A stretch of 47,365 nt of DNA from Pseudomonas sp. (GTDB taxonomy: Bacteria > Pseudomonadota > Gammaproteobacteria > Pseudomonadales > Pseudomonadaceae): NCBI GenBank assembly GCA_017886405.1, contig JAGGNC010000149.1, forward strand, positions 1 through 47,365, read 5' to 3'. A model generated the notes under the pieces. It saw only the letters and a list, made by a program, of their open reading frames with translations, did no database searches and was not told where the DNA came from. Positions 32,140-41,757 of the stretch are shown here, one piece after another (the stretch's first letter is position 1; every line of letters begins with the position of its first letter). The translations under genes and the position numbers were made by a program.

Positions 32140-33033
32140 CTAGCGCGGTTGCGGCTGAAAAAGTTGCTGTGCTTCGGCGAAACAGGCATCGGCTAACGCC
32201 GAGCGGGGGGCGCTGCGGCGCATGATCAGGCCAAGGGGTGCGAGGGTGTGGGCGTCTTCGATCGGCGTGAGCGCCAGGTGTTCGGTGAAGTCTGCCAGGC
32301 CGCTGTTGAGCGGCATGATCGCGCAACACAGCCCGGCGCTGACGGCTTGCAGCAGTTGATGCACGGCGTCGGTTTCCAGCCGCGGATTGGGCGTCAGGCC
32401 GCGTGAGCGGAAACTGTGGTCGATGGACTGGCGAAAGTGCATGCCCGCCGAGAGCAGGCCAAGCGGTAGCTCAATCAAGCTTTCCCAGCGCAGGACCGCG
32501 CGCGTGAACTGAAAATGCCGGCGGTCATACAGCAGGCCCATGCGCGTCTCGGCCAACTCCAGGCTATCGAAGTGCTCACGGTCCAGGCGGTCAAGGTAGG
32601 ACAGGCCAAGATCCAGCTGGTTACGCCCCAGCTGTTCGAGGATCCGCTCACTGCTTAAGGCGAACAGCTGGAAGCGCAGGCCGACGTGCTGCTCGGCAAA
32701 AAACTGCACCAAACGCATCGGGTCGAACCCGCCCAGCGGCACCACGCCCAAGCGCAGAGTACCGACCAATTGCCCACGGCAGGCAGCCGCTTCGGCATAC
32801 AGGCCATCATGTGCATCCATTAGGCTCCGGGCCCAGGCCAGAATACGTTCACCCTCGGCACTGAAGCCTTCAAAGCGCTGGCCGCGATGCACCAACTCCA
32901 GACCAAGTTCGTCCTCCAGCTGGCGCAAGCGCATCGATAAGGTTGGCTGGGTGATATGGCAACGAGCGGCGGCTTGGCCGAAGTGGCGGGTCTCATCCAA
33001 GGCGATCAGGAACTTCAGTTGTTTGATATCCAT
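32140..33033 (-). CDS. LysR-family transcriptional regulator
   Basis: MDIKQLKFL...HFGQAAARCHITQPTLSMRLRQLE HTH. Confidence 0.95.
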   Translation of the reverse strand: MDIKQLKFLIALDETRHFGQAAARCHITQPTLSMRLRQLEDELGLELVHRGQRFEGFSAEGERILAWARSLMDAHDGLYAEAAACRGQLVGTLRLGVVPLGGFDPMRLVQFFAEQHVGLRFQLFALSSERILEQLGRNQLDLGLSYLDRLDREHFDSLELAETRMGLLYDRRHFQFTRAVLRWESLIELPLGLLSAGMHFRQSIDHSFRSRGLTPNPRLETDAVHQLLQAVSAGLCCAIMPLNSGLADFTEHLALTPIEDAHTLAPLGLIMRRSAPRSALADACFAEAQQLFQPQPR

Positions 33034-33254
33034 GATGCATCCTCTGGCCGCGGGTTGCGGCGATTCTAGCAGGCGGTTGGCACCGGTCTATTGCTCACGT
33101 CGGTGGGTCGAGTGGTTACCACGGCGCAGCATCGGCGAACTCGTCAAAGGTACCCGCTACGCCCAATTGCCAGCCGCGACATGCGCAGTTGGTGGCTTGG
33201 CTGCAACAGCAAGTGCATCGGTCTAGGGCTTATCAGGCGGGTTAAAGCAGCCGG

Positions 33255-34121
33255 TTAGCGGCGGGTCAGGCACTCGTCCAGTGCGGCTTGCCAATCGGCA
33301 AGCTGGACGTGCCAGTCCTGTTGCAGGCGGCTGCAGTTCAGGCGTGAGTTAAGCGGGCGGTGGGCGGGCGTTGGGTAGGCGCTGCTAGGTATGGGCTGCA
33401 GCGTTGCCACGGATTTACCTTGGCTGTGCAAGTGCGCGGCAATCGCGCTGGCGAAGCCAAACCAACTGGTCTCGCCCTGGGCGGTCAAGTGATACAGGCC
33501 CCACGGGCCGCTCTTGCCGCTGCGCCACTGCTCAATCAGCTGCGCCGTGGCCTGGGCAATCGTGCCGGCCCAGGTAGGTGCGCCGATCTGGTCGGCGACC
33601 ACGGAAAGGCTTTCGCGCTCCTGCAGCAGACGTTGCATGGTCAGCAGAAAGTTTTTGCCATGCTGCGAATAGACCCAGCTGGTGCGCAGAATTAGGTGCA
33701 TGCCGCCAACGGCCTGAATGGCCTGTTCGCCAGCCAGTTTACTGCGCCCATAGACGCTCAGCGGATCGGGTGAATCGCATTCGCGGTAAGGCTCGGACTG
33801 GTTGCCAGCGAATACGTAATCGGTGGAGTAATGAATCAGTGGCACACCCAGCTCCGCCGCTGCCTCGGCAAGAACGCCGGGCGCTGTTGCGTTGATCGCG
33901 AACGCTACTTCGGGCTCGCTCTCGGCCTGATCAACCGCCGTGTGCGCTGCGGCATTGATGATCAGTTCTGGGCGATGCGCTAGAACCTGTTGGCGAATCA
34001 ACTCGGGCTGGGCGAGATCCAGCTGGTTGCGACCCAGTACCGCTAACTCGGCCTTGCCGTTAAGGCTGCGCTGTAATTCCTGGCTGACTTGGCCATGCTG
34101 GCCGAGCAGGAGGATCTTCAT
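33255..34121 (-). CDS. rmlD: dTDP-4-dehydrorhamnose reductase
   Basis: GQHGQV, NAAAHTAVDQAE, STDYVF, YGRSKLAGE. Confidence 0.95.
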   Translation of the reverse strand: MKILLLGQHGQVSQELQRSLNGKAELAVLGRNQLDLAQPELIRQQVLAHRPELIINAAAHTAVDQAESEPEVAFAINATAPGVLAEAAAELGVPLIHYSTDYVFAGNQSEPYRECDSPDPLSVYGRSKLAGEQAIQAVGGMHLILRTSWVYSQHGKNFLLTMQRLLQERESLSVVADQIGAPTWAGTIAQATAQLIEQWRSGKSGPWGLYHLTAQGETSWFGFASAIAAHLHSQGKSVATLQPIPSSAYPTPAHRPLNSRLNCSRLQQDWHVQLADWQAALDECLTRR

Positions 34122-34663
34122 GGAAATACCTGCGCTTCGCTAAAGCTGAGGCCGGCCTGATCCTTGGTCGATAGCTGCGGCGCGTCCGCCAGTGGCCAGT
34201 CGATGGCCAGCTCTGGGTCATCCCAGCGAATGCAACGCTCATGCTCGGGGGCGTAGTAGTCAGTGGTTTTATAGAGGAATTCGGCGAACGCGCTGAGCAC
34301 TAGAAAACCATGGGCGAAACCTTCCGGCACCCACAGCTGCCGGTTGTTTTCGGCGGACAAGTGCGCGCCGACCCAGCGGCCGAAGGTGGGCGAGCTGCGG
34401 CGCAGATCTACGGCTACGTCATAGACTTCGCCGGCCGTGACCCGCACCAACTTGCCCTGGGCCTGTTGCACTTGGTAGTGCAGGCCACGCAACACGCCAC
34501 GCTGCGAACGCGAATGGTTGTCTTGCACGAACTCGCGCTGCAGGCCTGTCGCTTCGGCAAAGCGGCGGGCATTGAAGCTCTCGAAAAAGAAGCCGCGTTG
34601 GTCGCCGAACACCTTGGGCTCGAGAATGATCACCTCAGGGATGTCAGTGTGAACAATCTGCAT
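34118..34663 (-). CDS. rmlC: dTDP-4-dehydrorhamnose 3,5-epimerase
   Basis: FGDQRGFFFES, QDNHSRS, LRGLHYQ, GFAHGF; ATG at 34663. Confidence 0.96.
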   Translation of the reverse strand: MQIVHTDIPEVIILEPKVFGDQRGFFFESFNARRFAEATGLQREFVQDNHSRSQRGVLRGLHYQVQQAQGKLVRVTAGEVYDVAVDLRRSSPTFGRWVGAHLSAENNRQLWVPEGFAHGFLVLSAFAEFLYKTTDYYAPEHERCIRWDDPELAIDWPLADAPQLSTKDQAGLSFSEAQVFP

Positions 34664-34665
34664 GG

Positions 34666-35532
34666 TCACTCCTCAGCCAGTTTGAGCAGGTACTGGCCAT
34701 AACCGGTTTTGCTGAAAGCTTTCGCCTGTGCCAGCAGTTGCTGGCGATCAATCCAGCCTTGCTGGTAGGCGATTTCTTCCAGGCAGGCAACTTTCAGGCC
34801 CTGGCGATGCTCGATGGTTTGCACGTACTGCGAGGCTTCCAGCAGGCTGTCGTGGGTGCCGGTGTCGAGCCAGGCAAATCCACGGCCAAAGCGCTCGACG
34901 CGCAAGTCGCCGCGCTGCAGGTAGGCGTTGTTGACGTCGGTAATCTCCAGCTCGCCGCGCGGCGAGGGTTTAACGGCCTTGGCGATCTCGATCACGTCAT
35001 TGTCGTAGAAGTACAGGCCGGTGACCGCATAGCTCGACTTCGGTATAGCGGGCTTCTCCTCAATGGAGATGGCCTTGCCTTGCGCATCGTACTCGACCAC
35101 ACCGAAACGTTGTGGGTCGTTGACCCAATAACCGAAGACGGTGGCCCCTGTGGACTCCGCGGCGGCGCGCAGCAGTTTCTCGGTGAAATGCTGGCCGTGG
35201 AAGATATTGTCGCCGAGGATCAGGCACACCGAATCGTCGCCGATAAAGTCTTCGCCCAAAATAAAGGCTTGGGCCAGGCCGTCGGGGGAGGGCTGTTCGG
35301 TGTACTCGAAGCGCACGCCAAACTGGCTGCCAGTACCGAGCATCTTGCGAAAGTTCGGCAAGTCCTGCGGCGTGGAGATAATCAGAATCTCGCGGATGCC
35401 GGCGAGCATCAGCACTGAGATCGGGTAGTAGATCATCGGTTTGTCATAGATCGGCAGCAGCTGCTTGGATACGCCCAGGGTGATGGGGTGCAGGCGGCTA
35501 CCGGAACCGCCGGCGAGAATGATGCCTTTCAT
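34666..35532 (-). CDS. rmlA: Glucose-1-phosphate thymidylyltransferase
   Basis: [13 protein letters not shown]...[26 protein letters not shown]. Confidence 0.97.
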   Translation of the reverse strand: MKGIILAGGSGSRLHPITLGVSKQLLPIYDKPMIYYPISVLMLAGIREILIISTPQDLPNFRKMLGTGSQFGVRFEYTEQPSPDGLAQAFILGEDFIGDDSVCLILGDNIFHGQHFTEKLLRAAAESTGATVFGYWVNDPQRFGVVEYDAQGKAISIEEKPAIPKSSYAVTGLYFYDNDVIEIAKAVKPSPRGELEITDVNNAYLQRGDLRVERFGRGFAWLDTGTHDSLLEASQYVQTIEHRQGLKVACLEEIAYQQGWIDRQQLLAQAKAFSKTGYGQYLLKLAEE

Positions 35533-35543
35533 CGTGCTGCTCC

Positions 35544-36596
35544 TTAAAGTGCGCCGAGGCGTTCGCGCTGGTAGCTACCATCCTGCACGCGGCGGCACCA
35601 GTCGAGGTTATCCAGGTACCACTGCACCGTCTTGCGCAGGCCGCTGGCGAAGGTCTCGATGGGTTTCCAGCCGAGCGCGTGTTCGATCTTGCTGGCATCG
35701 ATGGCGTAGCGCAGGTCATGGCCTGGGCGGTCGCTAACGAAACTGATCTGCTCTTTGTACGAGCCGTTCTGGCGTGGGGCTAACTCATCCAATAAGGCGC
35801 AGATGCTTTCCACCACATGCAGGTTGGTCTGCTCGTTGTGCCCGCCGATATTGTAGGTTTCGCCAATCAGGCCTTCGCTCACAACCTTTAACAGCGCGCG
35901 GGCGTGGTCTTCCACATACAGCCAGTCACGCACCTGCTGACCGTTGCCATACACCGGCAGTGCTTTGCCATCGAGGGCATTGAGGATGACCAACGGGATC
36001 AGCTTTTCTGGGAAATGGAAGGGTCCGTAGTTGTTCGAGCAATTAGTGATCAGTACCGGCAGCCCATAGGTGCGCTGCCAGGCACGCACGAGGTGATCCG
36101 ATGCAGCCTTGCTTGCCGAATAAGGCGAGCTCGGCGCGTAGGGGGTGGTCTCAGTAAACAGATCGTCCACGCCATGCAGATCGCCATACACCTCGTCGGT
36201 GGAAATATGGTGAAAGCGAAACGCTGCCTTGCGCGCCGGGTCCAGCTGCGACCAGTAGCTGCGAGTGGCTTCGAGCAGCGCATAGGTGCCGACGATATTG
36301 GTCTGGATAAACGCTGCTGGGCCGTCGATGGAGCGGTCGACATGCGACTCAGCCGCCAGGTGCATGATCGCATCCGGCTGAAATTCAGCCAGTGCCTGGC
36401 TGACGGCTGCGCTGTCGGCAATATCCGCCTGCACAAAGCGATAGCCCGGATGATCGGCCACACTGGCCAACGACTCGAGATTGCCAGCATAGGTCAGCTT
36501 GTCGAGGTTGAGCACCTGATGCGCGGTGTTATTCAGCAGATGACGAATCAGTGCTGAACCGATAAAGCCGGCGCCGCCGGTGATAAGAATGTGCAC
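35544..36596 (-). CDS. rmlB: dTDP-glucose 4,6-dehydratase
   Basis: [35 protein letters not shown]; GTG start. Confidence 0.97.
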   Translation of the reverse strand: MHILITGGAGFIGSALIRHLLNNTAHQVLNLDKLTYAGNLESLASVADHPGYRFVQADIADSAAVSQALAEFQPDAIMHLAAESHVDRSIDGPAAFIQTNIVGTYALLEATRSYWSQLDPARKAAFRFHHISTDEVYGDLHGVDDLFTETTPYAPSSPYSASKAASDHLVRAWQRTYGLPVLITNCSNNYGPFHFPEKLIPLVILNALDGKALPVYGNGQQVRDWLYVEDHARALLKVVSEGLIGETYNIGGHNEQTNLHVVESICALLDELAPRQNGSYKEQISFVSDRPGHDLRYAIDASKIEHALGWKPIETFASGLRKTVQWYLDNLDWCRRVQDGSYQRERLGAL

Positions 36597-36693
36597 GTGG
36601 CTATGCCTTCTGCAGATACTGTCGGTAAAGATTGTTATTCAGTGTTACAAGCCGAGTACAGGCAGGCAAGCCGCCAGTACTATTTAAAGGCAT

Positions 36694-36723
36694 AAAAAAA
36701 CCCCGCTTCGCAGCGAGGTTTTC
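36694..36723 (-). terminator. Terminator of tRNA-Thr
   Basis: Minus strand GAAAACCTCGCTGCGAAGCGGGGTTTTTTT. Confidence 0.75.
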
Positions 36724-36729
36724 TTTATA

Positions 36730-36805
<76 letters not shown>

Positions 36806-36811
36806 GTTTGT

Positions 36812-36846
36812 GGGGCGCATTATATCGATTCATTTGCCTGAGTAAA
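36812..36846 (-). promoter_or_regulatory. Sigma70 promoter of tRNA-Thr
   Basis: TTTACT-N16-TATAAT followed by GC-rich discriminator GCGCCCC. Confidence 0.7.
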
Positions 36847-36895
36847 GCGCTCTGAGCATAGATATTTGCATGGATTTTTATCAGCACTGGAATGC

Positions 36896-37095
36896 TTATG
36901 CACATATGCAGTGCATCTGATGGGAGCCTGCGCAAGCTTTGTGCGCTGGTTCACTGTATTTCTTAAGTGCATGTTTTCGATGAACATATTTTAAGGTCGA
37001 AGAATGTTGAGCCAGGCGTAAGCTCGCAAGCACGGCCGTTTGCGCGGCTTGCTCAGAATCTGTCAACAGAGTTATCCACAGCATGTTGTGGGTAA
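36896..37095. promoter_or_regulatory. Cluster of DnaA boxes
   Basis: TTATGCACA (36896-36904) and TTATCCACA (37072-37080) match TTWTNCACA; TGTGGGTAA (37087-37095) is an inverted 1-mismatch box; CTGTCAACA (37060) is weak. Confidence 0.6.
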
Positions 37096-38328
37096 TTTAT
37101 GTTGGCGTTCTGCCAGCAGTAGCAAGTTTCTCGGGCTCTGTTGGTGGGTGCAAAAGCTGCCAAGCCTCACCCTGAAGCCTTGCTCCTGCAGGAATAACGC
37201 ACAGTCGAGCACTAGCCAGAGTTCTAGAGGCCGCCGGAACAGGTTGCGCAGTAGTTCCAGATTGCGGACCTCGGCCAGACGTTGCCAGCCCTGTTGCTCC
37301 AGGTGCCCCCAGTCCCTCTGCATAGGTGCTGGCAGCTGCTTGAGGGCAGCGAGGTCTTTGCAGTAATCGGCAAAAGGCTTGTCCAGCCAGGCCGGTTGCA
37401 GAGACGGGGTGGGCAGGTACTCATCGATACCACGCAGTTGGCGTTGCAGCAGGTCGAAGGCTAGCCGTCTGGCCATGGATTGGTCACGTTGCCGGCGCAC
37501 CTTTGCGCCAGCGGTAACGGTTTCGCTAAGCGGCAGGCCGAGATCGTCGATGGACAGTTGCAATGTTGAGGCCTGGGCGCTCGTCGACAGAGCCTGATAG
37601 GTCGGCGTACTGATGCGGTTGTAGCAGCAGGGGGCAATGGCCAGCTGCTGGCAGCCGGCCTGGCTAGCCAGTTGCAGTAGGCGCGTGTGCAGCTCGCCGC
37701 AGGCATGCAGTGCTACTGGCGTGTGCTGTGCCTGGAGCTGCGACGCGGCATTGTCAGCCAGCACATTCTGCTCGATGTGTTTTGCGTTGATGCCGAGTTT
37801 GTGGCTGAGCTGAAGGCCGCTGCTGACCAGCTGTGGATCGTATTCCAGGCAAGTTAGTGTGCCGCCGCCGTGTGCCAGGTGCCTGCCGAGGTGACCTTTA
37901 CCGGCGCACCAGTCCAGCCAGTGTTGCGGTGTTTGGGTAAAGCGTAGGCTGCGGGCGAAGGCGTCGATCTGTTGCCACTTGCGGCCCGGTACCGCTGCGC
38001 TAAAGCGCGCGGGTAAGAACGTTGCGGGTGAATGTGGTAGCTCACCGACCTGGCTCAGCTCGTGAGCTTTGCAGGCCAGTTGCGGGAAGGGCGCTGGTGC
38101 TTGCAGCAGGTGTGGTTGATTATGCACCGCTTCGGCATGCTCTAAGCTTTGCGCCCTTAGCCAGGCCGCTAGCTGAGGGTGCTCGGCCTCCCAAGGGATT
38201 TGCGGGTAATGCACGAACGGTCGTGGTCGCCACAACGCTTGATGCTCAGACAGGAAGCTGTCGAGCGCCTGAAAACGCTGCAGCAGGTCAGCGTTATGCA
38301 GGATGTAAGCGGGGGAGGTGGTCGCCAT
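37072..38328 (-). CDS. SAM-dependent methyltransferase-domain protein
   Basis: LDWCAGKGHLG motif I, ALHACGELH, APCCY, SPRN; start at ATG 38328 inferred. Confidence 0.85.
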   Translation of the reverse strand: MATTSPAYILHNADLLQRFQALDSFLSEHQALWRPRPFVHYPQIPWEAEHPQLAAWLRAQSLEHAEAVHNQPHLLQAPAPFPQLACKAHELSQVGELPHSPATFLPARFSAAVPGRKWQQIDAFARSLRFTQTPQHWLDWCAGKGHLGRHLAHGGGTLTCLEYDPQLVSSGLQLSHKLGINAKHIEQNVLADNAASQLQAQHTPVALHACGELHTRLLQLASQAGCQQLAIAPCCYNRISTPTYQALSTSAQASTLQLSIDDLGLPLSETVTAGAKVRRQRDQSMARRLAFDLLQRQLRGIDEYLPTPSLQPAWLDKPFADYCKDLAALKQLPAPMQRDWGHLEQQGWQRLAEVRNLELLRNLFRRPLELWLVLDCALFLQEQGFRVRLGSFCTHQQSPRNLLLLAERQHKLPTTCCG

Positions 38329-38364
38329 AGTGAGTGTTGCCTGAGGGCGTTTGCCCCCAAGCAA

Positions 38365-39135
38365 TCAGCGGCCCTGGCAGGCGTCTACGCGCAGCCAGCG
38401 TTCCAACAGTTTGAAGCCGCGTACCAGCAAGAACGCGATGAGCAGATAGAACATCCCAGCGGCGAAGAATATCTCCACCGGCAGGTAGGTGCGGGCGATG
38501 ATGGTACGGGCCATGCCGGTGAGCTCTAGCAGGGTCACGGTACTGGCCAGGGCGCTGGCCTTGAGCATCAGGATCACTTCATTGCTGTAAGCCGGCAGAC
38601 CGATGCGCGCGGCGCGCGGCAGGATGATATAGAACATGGTCTTGGCCCGAGACATGCCAAGTGCGCGGGCTGCTTCTATTTCCCCTGGCGGCACAGCCTG
38701 GATAGCGCCGCGCAGAATTTCGGCGATATAGGCGGCGGTATGCATCGTCATGGTCAGTACGGCGCACCAATAAGGGGAGCGTAGATAGGGCCAGAGTGGG
38801 CCTTCGCGCACCGCATCGAACTGCGCCAGGCCGTAATAAACCAGGAACAGCTGCACCAGCAGCGGCGTACCGCGGAAAAAGAAGATGTAGCCGTAGGGTA
38901 GGGCGCGCACATACCAGTGGTGTGAGGCGCGAGCGATGCCCATCGGGATGGCCAGAATTAAACCGGCGAGCACCGCAATGCCCACCAGCTCAAGGGTTAA
39001 CACTGCACCTTTGCTGAGGCGTGGTAGCCATTTGATGATCACGTCCCAATTAAGGGCTGTCAGCCCGCCCCAGAGTGCGTATGCAATAAGCGCGAGGGCA
39101 ATGCTCCAAGCGGCTATTTCAGAGACTTTTCTCAT
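38365..39135 (-). CDS. Polar amino acid ABC permease (HisM-type)
   Basis: FFRGTPLLVQ, AEILRGAI...EIEAARALGM (EAA motif). Confidence 0.93.
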   Translation of the reverse strand: MRKVSEIAAWSIALALIAYALWGGLTALNWDVIIKWLPRLSKGAVLTLELVGIAVLAGLILAIPMGIARASHHWYVRALPYGYIFFFRGTPLLVQLFLVYYGLAQFDAVREGPLWPYLRSPYWCAVLTMTMHTAAYIAEILRGAIQAVPPGEIEAARALGMSRAKTMFYIILPRAARIGLPAYSNEVILMLKASALASTVTLLELTGMARTIIARTYLPVEIFFAAGMFYLLIAFLLVRGFKLLERWLRVDACQGR

Positions 39136-39827
39136 GAGGTGCTCCTGACAAAGCCACGGCTGGAGCGTTTTTCCAGGAAGTGCATGCCAATCATCGCGAG
39201 GACGGTTAGGCCCAAGTAGATAAAGGCCGCCACTAGGAAGAAGGTGAAAGGCTCCTTGCTAGAGGTCACGGCAATTTGCGAACGACGCATGATTTCTTCC
39301 AGGCCGATCACCGAGACCAGAGCGGTGTCCTTCATCAGGATCATAAACAGGTTGCCCAGACCGGGCAGGGCGATGCGCCACATCTGCGGCAATATCAAGC
39401 GCCAGAAGATCCGTGGTCTGGACATGCCCAGGGCCTGACCCGCTTCGCGATGGCCCCTCGGGATGGCTAGAATTGCGCCGCGAAACACCTCGGTAGCGTA
39501 AGCGCCGAAACAGAGGCCTAGGGCGATGGTGCCGGCGGCAAAGGCATTCAGCTCAAGGCTTTCGATGCCCAGCAGGTCTGCCAGGTTGCGCATTAACTGC
39601 ACGGTGCCGAAGTAGATCAGCAATACCCAGAGCAGTTCGGGGATGCCGCGCACGATGGTCGAATATGTACCGCCAAGCCATTGCAGCGGCTTGTACGGGG
39701 ACGTTTTGGCGAGAGCGCCGAGCAAGCCGAGCACCAGACCCAGGCACAGCGCGCTGAGCGCCAGCTTGATGGTCATCAGGGTGCCAGCAGCCAGGGCTGG
39801 GCCGAATCCGTAAAGGTCGAAATTCAT
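39132..39827 (-). CDS. Polar amino acid ABC permease (HisQ-type)
   Basis: RGIPEL, YATEVFRGA...REAGQALGM, MKDTALVS. Confidence 0.93.
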   Translation of the reverse strand: MNFDLYGFGPALAAGTLMTIKLALSALCLGLVLGLLGALAKTSPYKPLQWLGGTYSTIVRGIPELLWVLLIYFGTVQLMRNLADLLGIESLELNAFAAGTIALGLCFGAYATEVFRGAILAIPRGHREAGQALGMSRPRIFWRLILPQMWRIALPGLGNLFMILMKDTALVSVIGLEEIMRRSQIAVTSSKEPFTFFLVAAFIYLGLTVLAMIGMHFLEKRSSRGFVRSTS

Positions 39828-39841
39828 AGGGGCTCAGGAGC

Positions 39842-39867
39842 CTGCGCCGCCCGGATAGGCGACGCAG
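39842..39867 (-). other. Intercistronic stem-loop after the binding-protein gene
   Basis: CTGCGCCGCC...GGCGACGCAG inverted repeat; typical mRNA-stabilising hairpin in ABC operons. Confidence 0.5.
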
Positions 39868-39877
39868 TGCCGGCAGC

Positions 39878-40630
39878 TTAGTAGATGCTGAAAGGGAAGT
39901 ACTTATCGTTGATTTTCTTGTAAGTGCCGTCGGCGATGATCTCGGCCAGCGCAGCATTCAGCTTCTCGCGCAGCGGATCGTCTTTGCGCACAGCGATGCC
40001 GATCTTGTCGTTGTCGAATACCGGATCGCCCTTGAATTCAAAGCTCTTGCCGGCGTCGCTCTTCAGCCATTCCCAGTTAACGAAGGTGTCAGCCAGTACG
40101 CCATCAAGACGGCCTGAGGTCAGGTCGAGGTAGGCGTTTTCCTGGGTGTCGTACAGCTTGATATCGATGACGCCATCCAGGTTATCTTCCAGCCAAGTGC
40201 CCGCGATGGTCGCACGTTGGGCGCCGATCACTTTGCCTTGCAGGCTGGCTTTATCGGTTTTGAAATTACCACCTTTAGGTGCGATGAACTGCAGCTTGTT
40301 GGTGTAGTAAGCATCGGTAAAATCTACTGCTACTTTACGTTCGTCAGTGATCGACATAGAGGCGATCAGGAAGTCGAATTTCTTCGCGTTCAGGGCCGGG
40401 ATGATGCCGTCCCAGTCGGAAGTAACCACTTCGCACTCAGTTTTCATCTTGGCACACAGGGCCTGGCCGATTTCCACGTCGAAGCCGCCAACTTGGCCAC
40501 TGGCGTCGATCAGGTTAAACGGCGGATAGGCACCTTCGGTACCGAGCTTGAGTGTTTCAGCAGCAACGGCGCTGGTGCCGAATGCCAGGGTGGCGGCAGC
40601 TGCCAGCAGGATTTTCTTGTAGCTCTGCAT
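39878..40630 (-). CDS. Periplasmic basic amino acid-binding protein (SBP family 3)
   Basis: Signal peptide, EGAYPPFN, GFDVEIG, WDGIIPAL, SMSITDER. Confidence 0.94.
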   Translation of the reverse strand: MQSYKKILLAAAATLAFGTSAVAAETLKLGTEGAYPPFNLIDASGQVGGFDVEIGQALCAKMKTECEVVTSDWDGIIPALNAKKFDFLIASMSITDERKVAVDFTDAYYTNKLQFIAPKGGNFKTDKASLQGKVIGAQRATIAGTWLEDNLDGVIDIKLYDTQENAYLDLTSGRLDGVLADTFVNWEWLKSDAGKSFEFKGDPVFDNDKIGIAVRKDDPLREKLNAALAEIIADGTYKKINDKYFPFSIY

Positions 40631-40647
40631 GCGGTGTTGCTCCGTGT

Positions 40648-41421
40648 TTAGTGGTTACTGGACATAAATTGTTTGCAGCGCGCCGAGTTTGGGTTGTCGA
40701 ACACCTGCTCTGGTGAGCCCTGTTCTTCAATCAGGCCCTGATGCAGAAACACCACTTCGCTGGACACCTGGCGGGCAAAACCCATTTCGTGTGTCACCAA
40801 CAACATGGTGCGGCCTTCATCGGCGAGCGCGCGGATGACATTAAGCACTTCTTGTACCATCTCCGGGTCGAGAGCCGAAGTAGGCTCATCGAACAGGATC
40901 ACCTTGGGCTCCATGCACAGGGTGCGGGCGATAGCTGCACGCTGTTGCTGGCCGCCGGACAACTGGTTGGGGTAGACGTGACGTTTGTCGCCGATGCCGA
41001 CCTTGGCCAGCAGCGCCTCTGCACGTTCGATGGCTTCAGCTTTACTCAAACCGAGCACGCGGCGCGGTGCCTCGATGATGTTATCGAGCACGCTCATGTG
41101 CGGCCACAGATTGAAATTCTGGAAAACAAAGCCTAGCTCGCTGCGTAGGCGATTGATCTGGCGACTGTCGGCGGCAACTAGATCACCATTCTTCGACGCT
41201 TTAAGTTTGAGCTCCTCGCCGGCCACGATGATCTGCCCTTTATGTGGGTTTTCCAGCAGATTGATGCAACGCAGGAAGGTCGACTTGCCGGAGCCGGATG
41301 AGCCGAGGATGGAAATTACATCACCGTCGCGAGCGGTCAGGGAGATGCCCTTAAGCACCTCAAGGTCGCCGTAGCGTTTGTGCAAGTCGCGAATTTCCAG
41401 CGCGGGCGTGGCCTCGGCCAT
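40648..41421 (-). CDS. Polar amino acid ABC ATPase (HisP-type)
   Basis: GSSGSGKST, LSGGQQQR, FDEPTSALDPE; AGAGGA SD before ATG 41421. Confidence 0.95.
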   Translation of the reverse strand: MAEATPALEIRDLHKRYGDLEVLKGISLTARDGDVISILGSSGSGKSTFLRCINLLENPHKGQIIVAGEELKLKASKNGDLVAADSRQINRLRSELGFVFQNFNLWPHMSVLDNIIEAPRRVLGLSKAEAIERAEALLAKVGIGDKRHVYPNQLSGGQQQRAAIARTLCMEPKVILFDEPTSALDPEMVQEVLNVIRALADEGRTMLLVTHEMGFARQVSSEVVFLHQGLIEEQGSPEQVFDNPNSARCKQFMSSNH

Positions 41422-41550
41422 GGGTGGTCCTCTTCTTCTTCGGATGCGCTCAGGCGTTGCGTGGCCTTCCTGGCGAGGCCTCACGCTAGCATAGCGGTTC
41501 GCTGATCGCCAAGCCGTTTGCGGCTGATTAAGGAGTTGTTCGGTTCGGGC

Positions 41551-41592
41551 TGTCGCCTGCCTGAAGCTGCTTGTCGCGCGGGTACAATTTTG
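41551..41592. promoter_or_regulatory. Putative Pseudomonas ArgR (AraC-type) tandem binding site
   Basis: TGTCGC at 41551 and 41572, spaced 21 bp; the second copy fits TGTCGC-N8-AA exactly. Confidence 0.6.
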
Positions 41593-41757
41593 TACCAACC
41601 TAACCGCTACGGCCGTTTTCATTGCTGCCGCGAGCGGCGCGGCAATGAGGTGTTAGTGAATAGATGTGTCGGAGTAGATGTGCCGGCTTTGGTCAGGGAA
41701 CCCCCATTTCTGGGGTTGTACCTATTCATAGACTATCGATTCCAAGCCGGCTGCATT

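Noticed and set aside
33060-33245. Coding-like fragment between lysR and rmlD (…AQLVAWLQQQV…)
   Set aside because: It may be a gene remnant, but it is too short and frame-broken to assign without a database search.
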